A stretch of 64,000 nt of DNA from an uncultured Candidatus Saccharibacteria bacterium (GTDB lineage Bacteria > Patescibacteriota > CPR2 > UBA1875 > CAIMLA01). A program made the translations under genes and the position numbers. Below, one piece after another: positions 57,781 through 64,000 of the stretch. The notes under the pieces were generated by a model. The model did not search any database, was not told the origin of the DNA, and saw only the letters and a list, made by a program, of their open reading frames with translations. How positions within the stretch are numbered: the first letter of the stretch is position 1; every line of letters begins with the position of its first letter. The stretch is from positions 64,393-128,392 of the forward strand of contig CAZCRI010000001.1 of the NCBI GenBank assembly GCA_964501135.1, in the 5' to 3' direction.

Positions 57781-57949
57781 CGAAGACACTCCCTTTCTGG
57801 GGTTTGGATAGTTTTCAAGGAACCGTTCTGTTAACAGGTTCTCTATGATATAGAGCACCAGTTAACCATGATTTATACCACTTACAGAGCGTTATGTCAA
57901 TCTAAATCAGGCAGTAAGCGCTGACGGAGATCGTTTGCTACAAGGTAAA

Positions 57950-57977
57950 AAAGACGGTATCTTTGATACCGTCTAGA
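57950..57977 (-). terminator. Rho-independent terminator after the GNAT gene
   Basis: GACGGTATCaaagaTACCGTC hairpin followed by a T-run on the minus strand. Confidence 0.6.
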
Positions 57978-57985
57978 AAGTCATA

Positions 57986-58444
57986 TTATCGACATTTGAT
58001 ATTTTTTACATACACCGCACAGGGATTTCCGGGACTCCATCCAGGGTAGGGTTCTATCACGTCTACTTTTACAAATCCATTCTTTTCATAAAAAGATCTA
58101 GTGCTTACATAGGGTTCATATTCAGCGCTCTCGTCGAGCGTTTTTACTTCGATATAGATTTTTTCTGAATATTCTTTTTCGATGTGCTCGAGTAGTTTAG
58201 TCCCAAGTCCGGAGCGTTGGCGGTCTCTTAATACTGCGAAGTGCTTAATCTCCACAGTTTCAGAGGACTTGTCTTCTAGGATCACGAAGGCTTGGACTCC
58301 GGCATCCTCTACCAAGTACGTCGGTAAACTTAATATATGTTTAGAAATCTCTGACAATTCTTTTACATCAAACCATTCCGGCAGTTCTTTTGCGATAGCA
58401 ATGCAGGAGTCGAAATCTTCTTTTCTTGCCTTTCTAATTTCCAT
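57986..58444 (-). CDS. GNAT family N-acetyltransferase
   Basis: QRSGLGTKLL acetyl-CoA-binding motif. Confidence 0.8.
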   Translation of the reverse strand: MEIRKARKEDFDSCIAIAKELPEWFDVKELSEISKHILSLPTYLVEDAGVQAFVILEDKSSETVEIKHFAVLRDRQRSGLGTKLLEHIEKEYSEKIYIEVKTLDESAEYEPYVSTRSFYEKNGFVKVDVIEPYPGWSPGNPCAVYVKNIKCR

Positions 58445-58465
58445 GTCTAAATGATACCACGAAAA

Positions 58466-58565
58466 TACTTAGCAGATTAATCGAATTGCGTCATTAATAT
58501 AATAAGCTGACCGAAGTCAGCTTATTAAGTATGTTCCATTTGGCGAGCCGGAGGGCGCCAAGGCC
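58466..58565 (-). repeat. Intergenic module copy F (full length)
   Basis: Hairpin variant AAGCTGACcgaaGTCAGCTT, with compensatory changes against copies C-E. Extended -10 TGGTATCAT. Confidence 0.7.
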
Positions 58566-58622
58566 ATAGTTTGAACTTAAATGAGACAAATGAGACACCT
58601 AGCAGGTAGTCTTTTAGTTGTT

Positions 58623-59162
58623 CTAAATGATACCCTGACTGGACAAGACGCCAAGTAGGCTCATGATAAATATCAAACAAATGCCAATGATTGCCAAGAC
58701 ATTCCATACTTTCTTTGGCTTCTTATACCAACAGAAGATTCCCGTAGAGAATAATGCTGAATAGATTAGCATTTCTGGAAGCCCAATTAGGTGAGCATGC
58801 CATGGGATTATAGTATAGAGAACCCCTTCAAATGAGCCAGGCCCAGGTAGTTGTGGCGCAAAGAGCGTAAACCCAACTATCAGCATAAATAAATACAGCC
58901 AACCGTTCTTCTTTTCTAGGAAAATAGAACGAAATGGGAAAAGAAATACTGACATAAATAATCCAAGTATAATTTGTAATGACGGCCCCATAGCCACAAT
59001 TGCGGAGTCAATGGGTCGCATTAGCGATGAGAGTACATCAGAAGAAAATAACTCTTTGTAGCCCATAAAGATAAGAGCAAAGATTCCTGCTACAAAATAC
59101 GTTATTGTATGCAGAGCAACGATACGCCAACTGAACTCTAGAAATTCCTTTTTATTTTTCAT
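58623..59162 (-). CDS. Polytopic membrane protein (hypothetical)
   Basis: 179 aa with 5-6 TM helices. AAGGAGG RBS. Confidence 0.4.
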   Translation of the reverse strand: MKNKKEFLEFSWRIVALHTITYFVAGIFALIFMGYKELFSSDVLSSLMRPIDSAIVAMGPSLQIILGLFMSVFLFPFRSIFLEKKNGWLYLFMLIVGFTLFAPQLPGPGSFEGVLYTIIPWHAHLIGLPEMLIYSALFSTGIFCWYKKPKKVWNVLAIIGICLIFIMSLLGVLSSQGII

Positions 59163-59197
59163 TGTTTCCTCCTTGTCAAGATAATCATAACATAAAG

Positions 59198-59300
59198 TGC
59201 TTAGCAGCTAGAGTATTTTGCGTCATTAATAGAAATAAGCTGACCGAAGTCAGCTTATTAAGTATGTTCTATTTAGCGAAGCGGGAGACGTCAAGACTGC
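59198..59300 (-). repeat. Intergenic module copy G (full length)
   Basis: Same hairpin variant as copy F. GCTTAGCAG and GCGTCATTAATAGAAATAAGCT are conserved. Confidence 0.7.
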
Positions 59301-59304
59301 CCAG

Positions 59305-60078
59305 TTAAGCTGCTTTCTTCAATTTTGTCATATCTAATAAACAGTCAATATCCCATCCAAAGATAGTTGGAAGTGCAACGTTCTCGAAACTGCCAAAGTC
59401 TGTGTGTGGCAAGTCCCTCCAGTTGCTAAGCCTGTTATTCGCTACCGCGTATAGTTGTATGCCAAGCATAGTCGGAACTACTTTTGTATATGGAAATGTT
59501 CGTTTGTCTTCAAGGGCTTGGTGATCTGCGGAGTAATGATTAGTGATTAGGCCTTTGTTATAGAGTGCAACTAAGTCTTTATCTATATCGATACCTAGTG
59601 ATTCAAGTTCATTTGTAGAAAAACATAAATCACGTTTTTGAACGTCAGTAGCCGATCCAGCATTAATAGCTTTTGCTTCATCGCCAAGCTTCAACCATAG
59701 GCTATTTAATGTGTGGTAGATAACATAGTGAAATAATAACTGTTGTGAAGATAGCGACTTAATAATATCGGTATAGTAGATTCCGCGATCGTCTTTTCCA
59801 TCACTTGAGCGTGATGATGCCAAAATACCACCAAAATATTCAGCACAAACGTAGTCATCAGAATATGCACCGTTCCAGAATACATCTCTTGCAATCCTTA
59901 AGTTCGCTATTTTACCGTCATTTATGTTATTAATCTTTTTTTGAGCGGCTACAATAATTTTGTCCCTGCCAGCGGCATAAACATTTGCCAAATCAGCAGC
60001 TATAGTCTCAGCAGTTTTACCAAGAAGTTTATTTGCTACAGTAAGAGCTGCTCCTGTTGTCACAATATCTACCACCAT
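59305..60078 (-). CDS. Hypothetical protein
   Basis: 257-aa ORF with an AAGGAG RBS. No motif recognised. Confidence 0.35.
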   Translation of the reverse strand: MVVDIVTTGAALTVANKLLGKTAETIAADLANVYAAGRDKIIVAAQKKINNINDGKIANLRIARDVFWNGAYSDDYVCAEYFGGILASSRSSDGKDDRGIYYTDIIKSLSSQQLLFHYVIYHTLNSLWLKLGDEAKAINAGSATDVQKRDLCFSTNELESLGIDIDKDLVALYNKGLITNHYSADHQALEDKRTFPYTKVVPTMLGIQLYAVANNRLSNWRDLPHTDFGSFENVALPTIFGWDIDCLLDMTKLKKAA

Positions 60079-60082
60079 GAAT

Positions 60083-60119
60083 CTCCTTTACAAAAGCTGC
60101 AAACCCATCGGCTTGCAGC
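60083..60119 (-). terminator. Long hairpin terminator downstream of tRNA-Asp
   Basis: ACAAAAGCTGCAAacccatcggcTTGCAGCTTTTGT: a 13-bp perfect stem followed by a T-run. Confidence 0.6.
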
Positions 60120-60190
60120 TTTTGTAAGTCGACCGGTATTAGCGGCCCCCATGTTATTTATTTGGAACATTAGTTCCATCTTGCTTACTT

Positions 60191-60267
60191 TGGCGATCCA
60201 GATGGGACTCGAACCCACGACCTCCGCCGTGACAGGGCGGCGCTCTAACCAGCTGAGCTACTGGACC
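60191..60267 (-). tRNA. tRNA-Asp (anticodon GTC), 3' CCA encoded
   Basis: The reverse complement is GGTCCAGTAGCTCAGCTGGTTAGAGCGCCGCCCTGTCACGGCGGAGGTCGTGGGTTCGAGTCCCATCTGGATCGCCA. Anticodon stem CCGCC/GGCGG, anticodon loop CU-GUC-AC, GTTCGAGTC T-loop. Confidence 0.8.
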
Positions 60268-60312
60268 GAATGAGCGAAATGCTTATTTCGCGAATAAATT
60301 GTGAAGCTGGTT

Positions 60313-60373
60313 CCAGCTGCCCCGACGATAAACCAAGTTTATGTCGGGATCCCGATTTAGCATCGGGGAGCTA
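60313..60373. repeat. Structured direct repeat (two hairpins), left copy flanking the GIY-YIG gene
   Basis: GCTGCCCCGACgataaaccaagtttatGTCGGGATCCCGATttagcATCGGGG shares GCTGCCCCGACG, GTCGGGATCCCGATTT and CATCGGGG with the copy at 60704-60760. Confidence 0.65.
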
Positions 60374-60378
60374 CCGGG

Positions 60379-60642
60379 CTACGCCGACTTGATAATACCG
60401 TCGCGTATTATCTTCTCGATGTAGTCTTTTCTTTTCCAGCTTTTCACCTTTAGTTCGACAGTTCTAGCCGTGCTAGTTGAGTCGAATTCTTGGGTGAAAA
60501 CCAGTTTGTAGGGTACGTTTCTCTTTGTGTATGTTGATCTACCAGAGTTGTGTTCCTGGAGTCTCCCCTCGGGGTTATTTGTACTCCCGACGTAAAAAGA
60601 ACCATTCTTTTCGCTCTGTAATATATAAACAAAACAACTCAT
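60379..60642 (-). CDS. GIY-YIG nuclease-family protein (small, standalone)
   Basis: FYVGSTNNPEGRLQEHNSG is the GIY-YIG core (Y..G.T.N...R..EH). 87 aa counted from the ATG at 60642. Confidence 0.65.
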   Translation of the reverse strand: MSCFVYILQSEKNGSFYVGSTNNPEGRLQEHNSGRSTYTKRNVPYKLVFTQEFDSTSTARTVELKVKSWKRKDYIEKIIRDGIIKSA

Positions 60643-60703
60643 CCCATCATCCTGTTTGTCTGGATGCAGTACGATTTGCTTATACCGATAAAGCACTTTC
60701 GTC

Positions 60704-60760
60704 GCTGCCCCGACGTTACAGTCGGGATCCCGATTTCATTTATGAACATCGGGGTCACCG
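60704..60760. repeat. Structured direct repeat, right copy flanking the GIY-YIG gene
   Basis: GCTGCCCCGACgttacaGTCGGGATCCCGATttcatttatgaacATCGGGG. Confidence 0.65.
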
Positions 60761-60914
60761 CTATATATCGAGAAGAATTATAACAAATAATTGGGAGTAT
60801 TTCAAGGGTTTGTATGAGCAAAGCTAAATTATTAGAATAGCTGAGCTTAGGGTTGCAGAAAGTAGATAATTGTGTTAATATATCGGTTCGTGTCCACCTA
60901 GGGGAAGGAATCAC

Positions 60915-61283
60915 GTGAGTTATCACCTGGAGATCGAGAGTCATGTCAGTGAGTCGGGGACGATTCATGAGGTGTGTCTCGCCGGGCTGTACAACAGCGC
61001 GGATATCGAGGACCTCCTACGGCTTCGGGATCGCTTGAACATGAGAGCCTCTGGTGACGTCATCATCGACGTTACGAAGGCCTACATTGACACTACCGCT
61101 GAGGGCGCTTTTGCCTCCATCGGTCGCGATCTCGCAAAGCACGGAAGGATGCTCCACCTGGTAGTCGGGGAGCGTGGCCGGCCCAACATGGCCGACATCA
61201 ACGCCCGCTTTCAGGGCATTTCGTTTCACAAGGACATGCGCTCGGCCATGGAATCGGCCGGCGCGGTCACGGTCGCGGCCTAG
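60915..61283 (+). CDS. STAS-domain-like protein (anti-sigma-factor antagonist-like); hypothetical
   Basis: ~120 aa with a pattern of alternating hydrophobic residues and the sequence DVTKAYIDTTAEGAF. The call is weak. High G+C. Confidence 0.35.
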   Translation: MSYHLEIESHVSESGTIHEVCLAGLYNSADIEDLLRLRDRLNMRASGDVIIDVTKAYIDTTAEGAFASIGRDLAKHGRMLHLVVGERGRPNMADINARFQGISFHKDMRSAMESAGAVTVAA

Positions 61284-61405
61284 CCGTGAAGACGAGCCAC
61301 CTGCGTTTAGCAGGTGGCTCGCGTCCATTTATGGTATATTTGCATATATTTTCAGCTTCTTCTCAGTTAACTATCCTAAAGTATGGAAAATAACGAGGAG
61401 ATATC

Positions 61406-61861
61406 ATGGCTGAAGAAACTAAGAAACAAGAAAAAGTAACCCCGGAAACCAAACAGATGGCGACATTAGCAGCTGCTTTTGTGCTGGTATTTGTGCTTGG
61501 CGGAGGCCTAGGTTATGTAGGTGCCACTGCACTCAAGGGACAGAACGGAATTGCCCGAAGAAATCAGATTACTGCAAATGCATTCGGCAGTGAAGATAGT
61601 ACTTTTGGCCGAGGTATGATGGGCGGCCGGGGCGGCATGGGACTTGGTAGACGCCAGTCTGGTGAAGTGACCGCGATTGATGGCAACAAAATTACCATTA
61701 AGCTACCAAATGGTAATACGGAAACCATCACAGTAAGCGATAGCACCGCCTATAAAACGGTAACGACGGGCACCAGGGATAGTGTAAAAGTTGGTAGCAC
61801 CATTGCCGTAACAGGCGTGGACACTAGTAGTAGCGCAGTGACGCAGATTACTGTTCAGTAA
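61406..61861 (+). CDS. Membrane-anchored/secreted hypothetical protein (DUF5666-like beta-rich C-domain)
   Basis: N-terminal TM, a Gly/Arg/Met-rich linker, and the C-terminal sequence GEVTAIDGNKITIKLPNGNTETITV. Confidence 0.4.
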   Translation: MAEETKKQEKVTPETKQMATLAAAFVLVFVLGGGLGYVGATALKGQNGIARRNQITANAFGSEDSTFGRGMMGGRGGMGLGRRQSGEVTAIDGNKITIKLPNGNTETITVSDSTAYKTVTTGTRDSVKVGSTIAVTGVDTSSSAVTQITVQ

Positions 61862-61877
61862 TTAACTAGTTTCTTCT

Positions 61878-61905
61878 TTATGACAAGCTCGGCACCGCCG
61901 AGCTT
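61878..61905 (+). terminator. Rho-independent terminator
   Basis: CAAGCTCGGCaccgCCGAGCTTG followed by TTTTGTT. Confidence 0.7.
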
Positions 61906-61916
61906 GTTTTGTTATA

Positions 61917-61958
61917 AAAAAGAAGCAGCCCCCATCGCAAGTAGCAATGGGGGCTGCG
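61917..61958 (-). terminator. Rho-independent terminator for the convergent minus-strand gene
   Basis: GCAGCCCCCAtcgcaagtagcaaTGGGGGCTGC hairpin, flanked by an A-run on the plus strand. Confidence 0.6.
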
Positions 61959-61976
61959 CGTTTCTGTCCGCGGGAG

Positions 61977-62831
61977 TTACGGGGTGGGCGTTGTAGCCAC
62001 CGACCAGTGGTTCTGGTACTTCACCGGTATCTGGTAGGCCGCCTCGGGATAGTCGACTTGGATATGGAAGTCCGTTTCGCTTGCTTTCGCAGCCTCGCTG
62101 TTGTAGATCTCAGCGTTCAGGTCACGCTCCACGGCGAGCGAATGGACTTTGCTCCACACCAGTCTCCGCTGTTCGGCAATCAGCGCCGCCGGGATGGTAC
62201 TGCTGTAGGTCGAACCCTTGTCGAGGTCTGCAATCTCGCCATCCAGGTCGGACACCTTACGACGCATCTCGTTGAACCAGATGGCATCCTTGTCAAGCGC
62301 CGGGACGTAGATGGTTGTGAAGATATCTTGATCCATCTCGTCCATCCAGAAGAGTTTGTCTATAGCTCGCAGACGCGTCTTCGAGACCTCGATGCGAGGA
62401 TTGCGCTCGTCTTTGGAGTAGTAGACGGATGGCGAACCGCTGACTTCGACCGATCTGCCGTTGATATTGATAGTCGCCCACCGTTTATCCTCACTCACGC
62501 GCGAGGCCACGTAGTAGGGCTTTCCGTGGAGAGGCAGGAGTTTCTGGGTCGTTTTGATGTTTGGTATCGTGCATACGACCACGATGGCTGTGACAAACAG
62601 GGCGAGCATCAGAAAGATGGCAGAGCCACTCGCAGCCAGGATGACGTCTGACTTCAAGGTAGCTCGCGTCCAGTCAGGGTCACCCCTGTGCACGAAGTAT
62701 GCACGAGCCCCGCCAATAGCCGTGAGTAGTACCCAGAGAGCAAGCGCGACGTGAAGAGCGGTGATATGGATGCCAAGAATGTACACGGTGTATCCTTCCG
62801 CCGATGGATTTTGGGAAACGCGCACCAGCAT
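61977..62831 (-). CDS. Membrane protein (hypothetical, high-GC)
   Basis: 284-aa ORF with two TM helices near the N-terminus. Confidence 0.35.
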   Translation of the reverse strand: MLVRVSQNPSAEGYTVYILGIHITALHVALALWVLLTAIGGARAYFVHRGDPDWTRATLKSDVILAASGSAIFLMLALFVTAIVVVCTIPNIKTTQKLLPLHGKPYYVASRVSEDKRWATININGRSVEVSGSPSVYYSKDERNPRIEVSKTRLRAIDKLFWMDEMDQDIFTTIYVPALDKDAIWFNEMRRKVSDLDGEIADLDKGSTYSSTIPAALIAEQRRLVWSKVHSLAVERDLNAEIYNSEAAKASETDFHIQVDYPEAAYQIPVKYQNHWSVATTPTP

Positions 62832-62913
62832 TTTACTACTACAGAGCGATTCTGTCCATATTTGCTCGCTATTTTCTCAGCAAAAACTCAGCTTTCGGAG
62901 TAAAATAGAGAGT

Positions 62914-63591
62914 ATGAGAATATTAGTAGTAGAAGATGAACATAAAATTGCAGCTGCAATCAAAAAGGGGCTGACCCAGGAGTCGTTTGCAGTCGATACT
63001 GTTTTTGATGGCGATGACGGTATGGATAACGCCCTCTCTGAAGAGTATGACTTGGTAATTTTGGATCGGATGTTGCCTGGTACCTATGATGGAATCAGCA
63101 TCATCAAAGAAATGCGCAAGCAGGGCGTCCATACACCGGTACTTTTTGTAACCGCCAAGGATAGTGTGGGAGATCGAGTGGACGGACTTGATGCCGGAGC
63201 CGACGATTACCTAGTGAAGCCATTTGCCTTTGAGGAGCTCCTAGCTCGGGTACGAGCCTTACTGCGTCGCCCTCAAGACAATCTAAATCCTGTGCTCAAA
63301 TATGCTGATCTAGAGCTCGACCCGGCTAATTTTTCGGTAAAACGAGCCGGTAAACTGATAGAGCTCACTAGTAAGGAGTTCGCGCTCCTCGAATACTTGA
63401 TTCGCAACCCGGAGCGGGTAGTGACCAAAGAGGGCATCATTACCCATGTTTGGGACTATGATGCTGACATTTTGCCCAATACGGTTGAGGTATACATCGG
63501 ATATCTTCGCAATAAAATTGATACCAAGGAGCTAAAGTCGCTAATTCAGACGAGGCGCGGCTTTGGTTATATGCTCAAGGAAGGAAAGTAA
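62914..63591 (+). CDS. OmpR/PhoB-family response regulator
   Basis: Receiver domain MRILVVEDEHKIA...LILDRMLPG with the phospho-Asp context. C-terminal winged-helix motif (GYMLKEGK). Confidence 0.85.
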   Translation: MRILVVEDEHKIAAAIKKGLTQESFAVDTVFDGDDGMDNALSEEYDLVILDRMLPGTYDGISIIKEMRKQGVHTPVLFVTAKDSVGDRVDGLDAGADDYLVKPFAFEELLARVRALLRRPQDNLNPVLKYADLELDPANFSVKRAGKLIELTSKEFALLEYLIRNPERVVTKEGIITHVWDYDADILPNTVEVYIGYLRNKIDTKELKSLIQTRRGFGYMLKEGK

Positions 63592-64000
63592 TGTTTCGTT
63601 CAGCGGTTCTAAAACTAACAATTCAGTACATGGTAGTGATCATGGTGATCAGTGCTTTCTTTAGTGTAAACCTTTATCGAATCTCTACAGATGAGCTGGA
63701 TCGAAGCCTCAACAAGCAACAGCAACTCTTCCAAGGCCGTGCGGGCAATATGATGCGTCCACTTATTGATGACAGTAACTTTCAGGATGCGAGGCGCGCT
63801 CAGCTTACCGATGCGAAACAGAACGTTTTATATCAACTTCTTTATACAAACATCGTGATTCTGTTTATTTCTGGGGGTCTCAGCTACGTTTTTGCTAGAC
63901 TTACCATTCAGCCGATAGAGGAGGCGCATGAAAAACAGAAACGTTTTACCTCTGACGCCTCCCATGAACTTCGCACGCCTCTGGCTGCAATGCGCGCCGA
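63591..64000 (+). CDS. Sensor histidine kinase (3' end truncated by the window edge)
   Basis: Start codon overlaps the response-regulator stop (TAATG). TM helices, then the H-box SDASHELRTPLAAMRA. Confidence 0.7.
   Translation, partial: MFRSAVLKLTIQYMVVIMVISAFFSVNLYRISTDELDRSLNKQQQLFQGRAGNMMRPLIDDSNFQDARRAQLTDAKQNVLYQLLYTNIVILFISGGLSYVFARLTIQPIEEAHEKQKRFTSDASHELRTPLAAMRA

Noticed and set aside
50940-59304. Interpretation of the repeated intergenic modules as a CRISPR array or as integron attC sites.
   Set aside because: It is not CRISPR: the units are ~100-120 bp, imperfect, and separated by whole genes. No cas genes are present. The integron idea is also rejected. No intI-type integrase lies adjacent, and no RYYYAAC/GTTRRRY core sites could be identified. 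One unit flanks the housekeeping rsgA. Each unit carries its own promoter, whereas integron cassettes are typically promoterless. A terminator-promoter or RNA motif family fits better.
59941-60273. 110-aa plus-strand ORF overlapping tRNA-Asp.
   Set aside because: It overlaps a well-folded tRNA on the opposite strand. Its translated tail is simply the antisense of the tRNA.

Overview
This 64-kb window has low overall G+C and the gene content of a Patescibacteria/CPR-type bacterium, possibly Saccharibacteria-like. That guess rests on pervasive leaderless promoters, a type IV pilus set without a secretin, an LPXTG surface protein, and small compact genes.

Surface proteins. The window opens inside a giant surface protein built from tandem FN3-like repeats (>1500 aa). 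Two paralogous surface-protein loci follow (6.25-13.2 kb). Each has a SurA/PrsA-like chaperone module and an InlB-B-repeat/Flg_new adhesin-like module. One locus is fused into a single 982-aa ORF; the other is split into 329 aa and 705 aa. The two loci share a 100%-identical 1.2-kb 3' module plus a small downstream membrane ORF.

Type IV pilus. A complete, syntenic Tfp cluster lies at 13.2-24.5 kb: pilM, pilN, pilO, pilB, pilT, pilC, a major pilin, pilD and four minor pilins.

Housekeeping genes (13.2-35 kb). An XerC/D recombinase, an LPXTG FN3/Big-like surface protein, uppP, an M16 peptidase, ndk carrying a large insertion, a HAD hydrolase, tRNA-Arg(CCT), a PrsA-type parvulin, glmM, and a NUDIX hydrolase.

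Accessory region (downstream of 35 kb). Low-GC native genes include CYTH, a GHMP-like kinase, ABC-F, CoaD-kinase, SDR, GNAT, DUF1801 x3, rsgA and NUDIX. Several conspicuously high-GC islands interrupt them:
- a MoaA/viperin-superfamily radical SAM enzyme paired with a Tmk-family kinase, next to a GreA-like gene (35.65-37.9 kb);
- a 243-aa orphan protein plus two tandem, strongly acidic micro-proteins (48.6-50.4 kb);
- an operon of an RNHCP zinc-ribbon protein, two radical SAM/SPASM enzymes, a YkgJ-family Fe-S protein and a 33-aa Lys-rich peptide (54.57-57.87 kb);
- smaller blocks at 33.27-33.65 kb and 60.9-62.8 kb.

Intergenic repeat. A roughly 100-120 bp module recurs at least eight times between the same-strand accessory genes at 50.9-59.3 kb. 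It comprises a covarying hairpin, conserved flanking motifs and an extended -10 promoter placed 6-7 nt upstream of the ATG.

Other elements. A GIY-YIG nuclease gene flanked by structured direct repeats sits beside tRNA-Asp(GTC). The window ends with an OmpR-type response regulator and a truncated histidine kinase.

All calls come from reading the sequence and the supplied ORF translations. No database searches were run.
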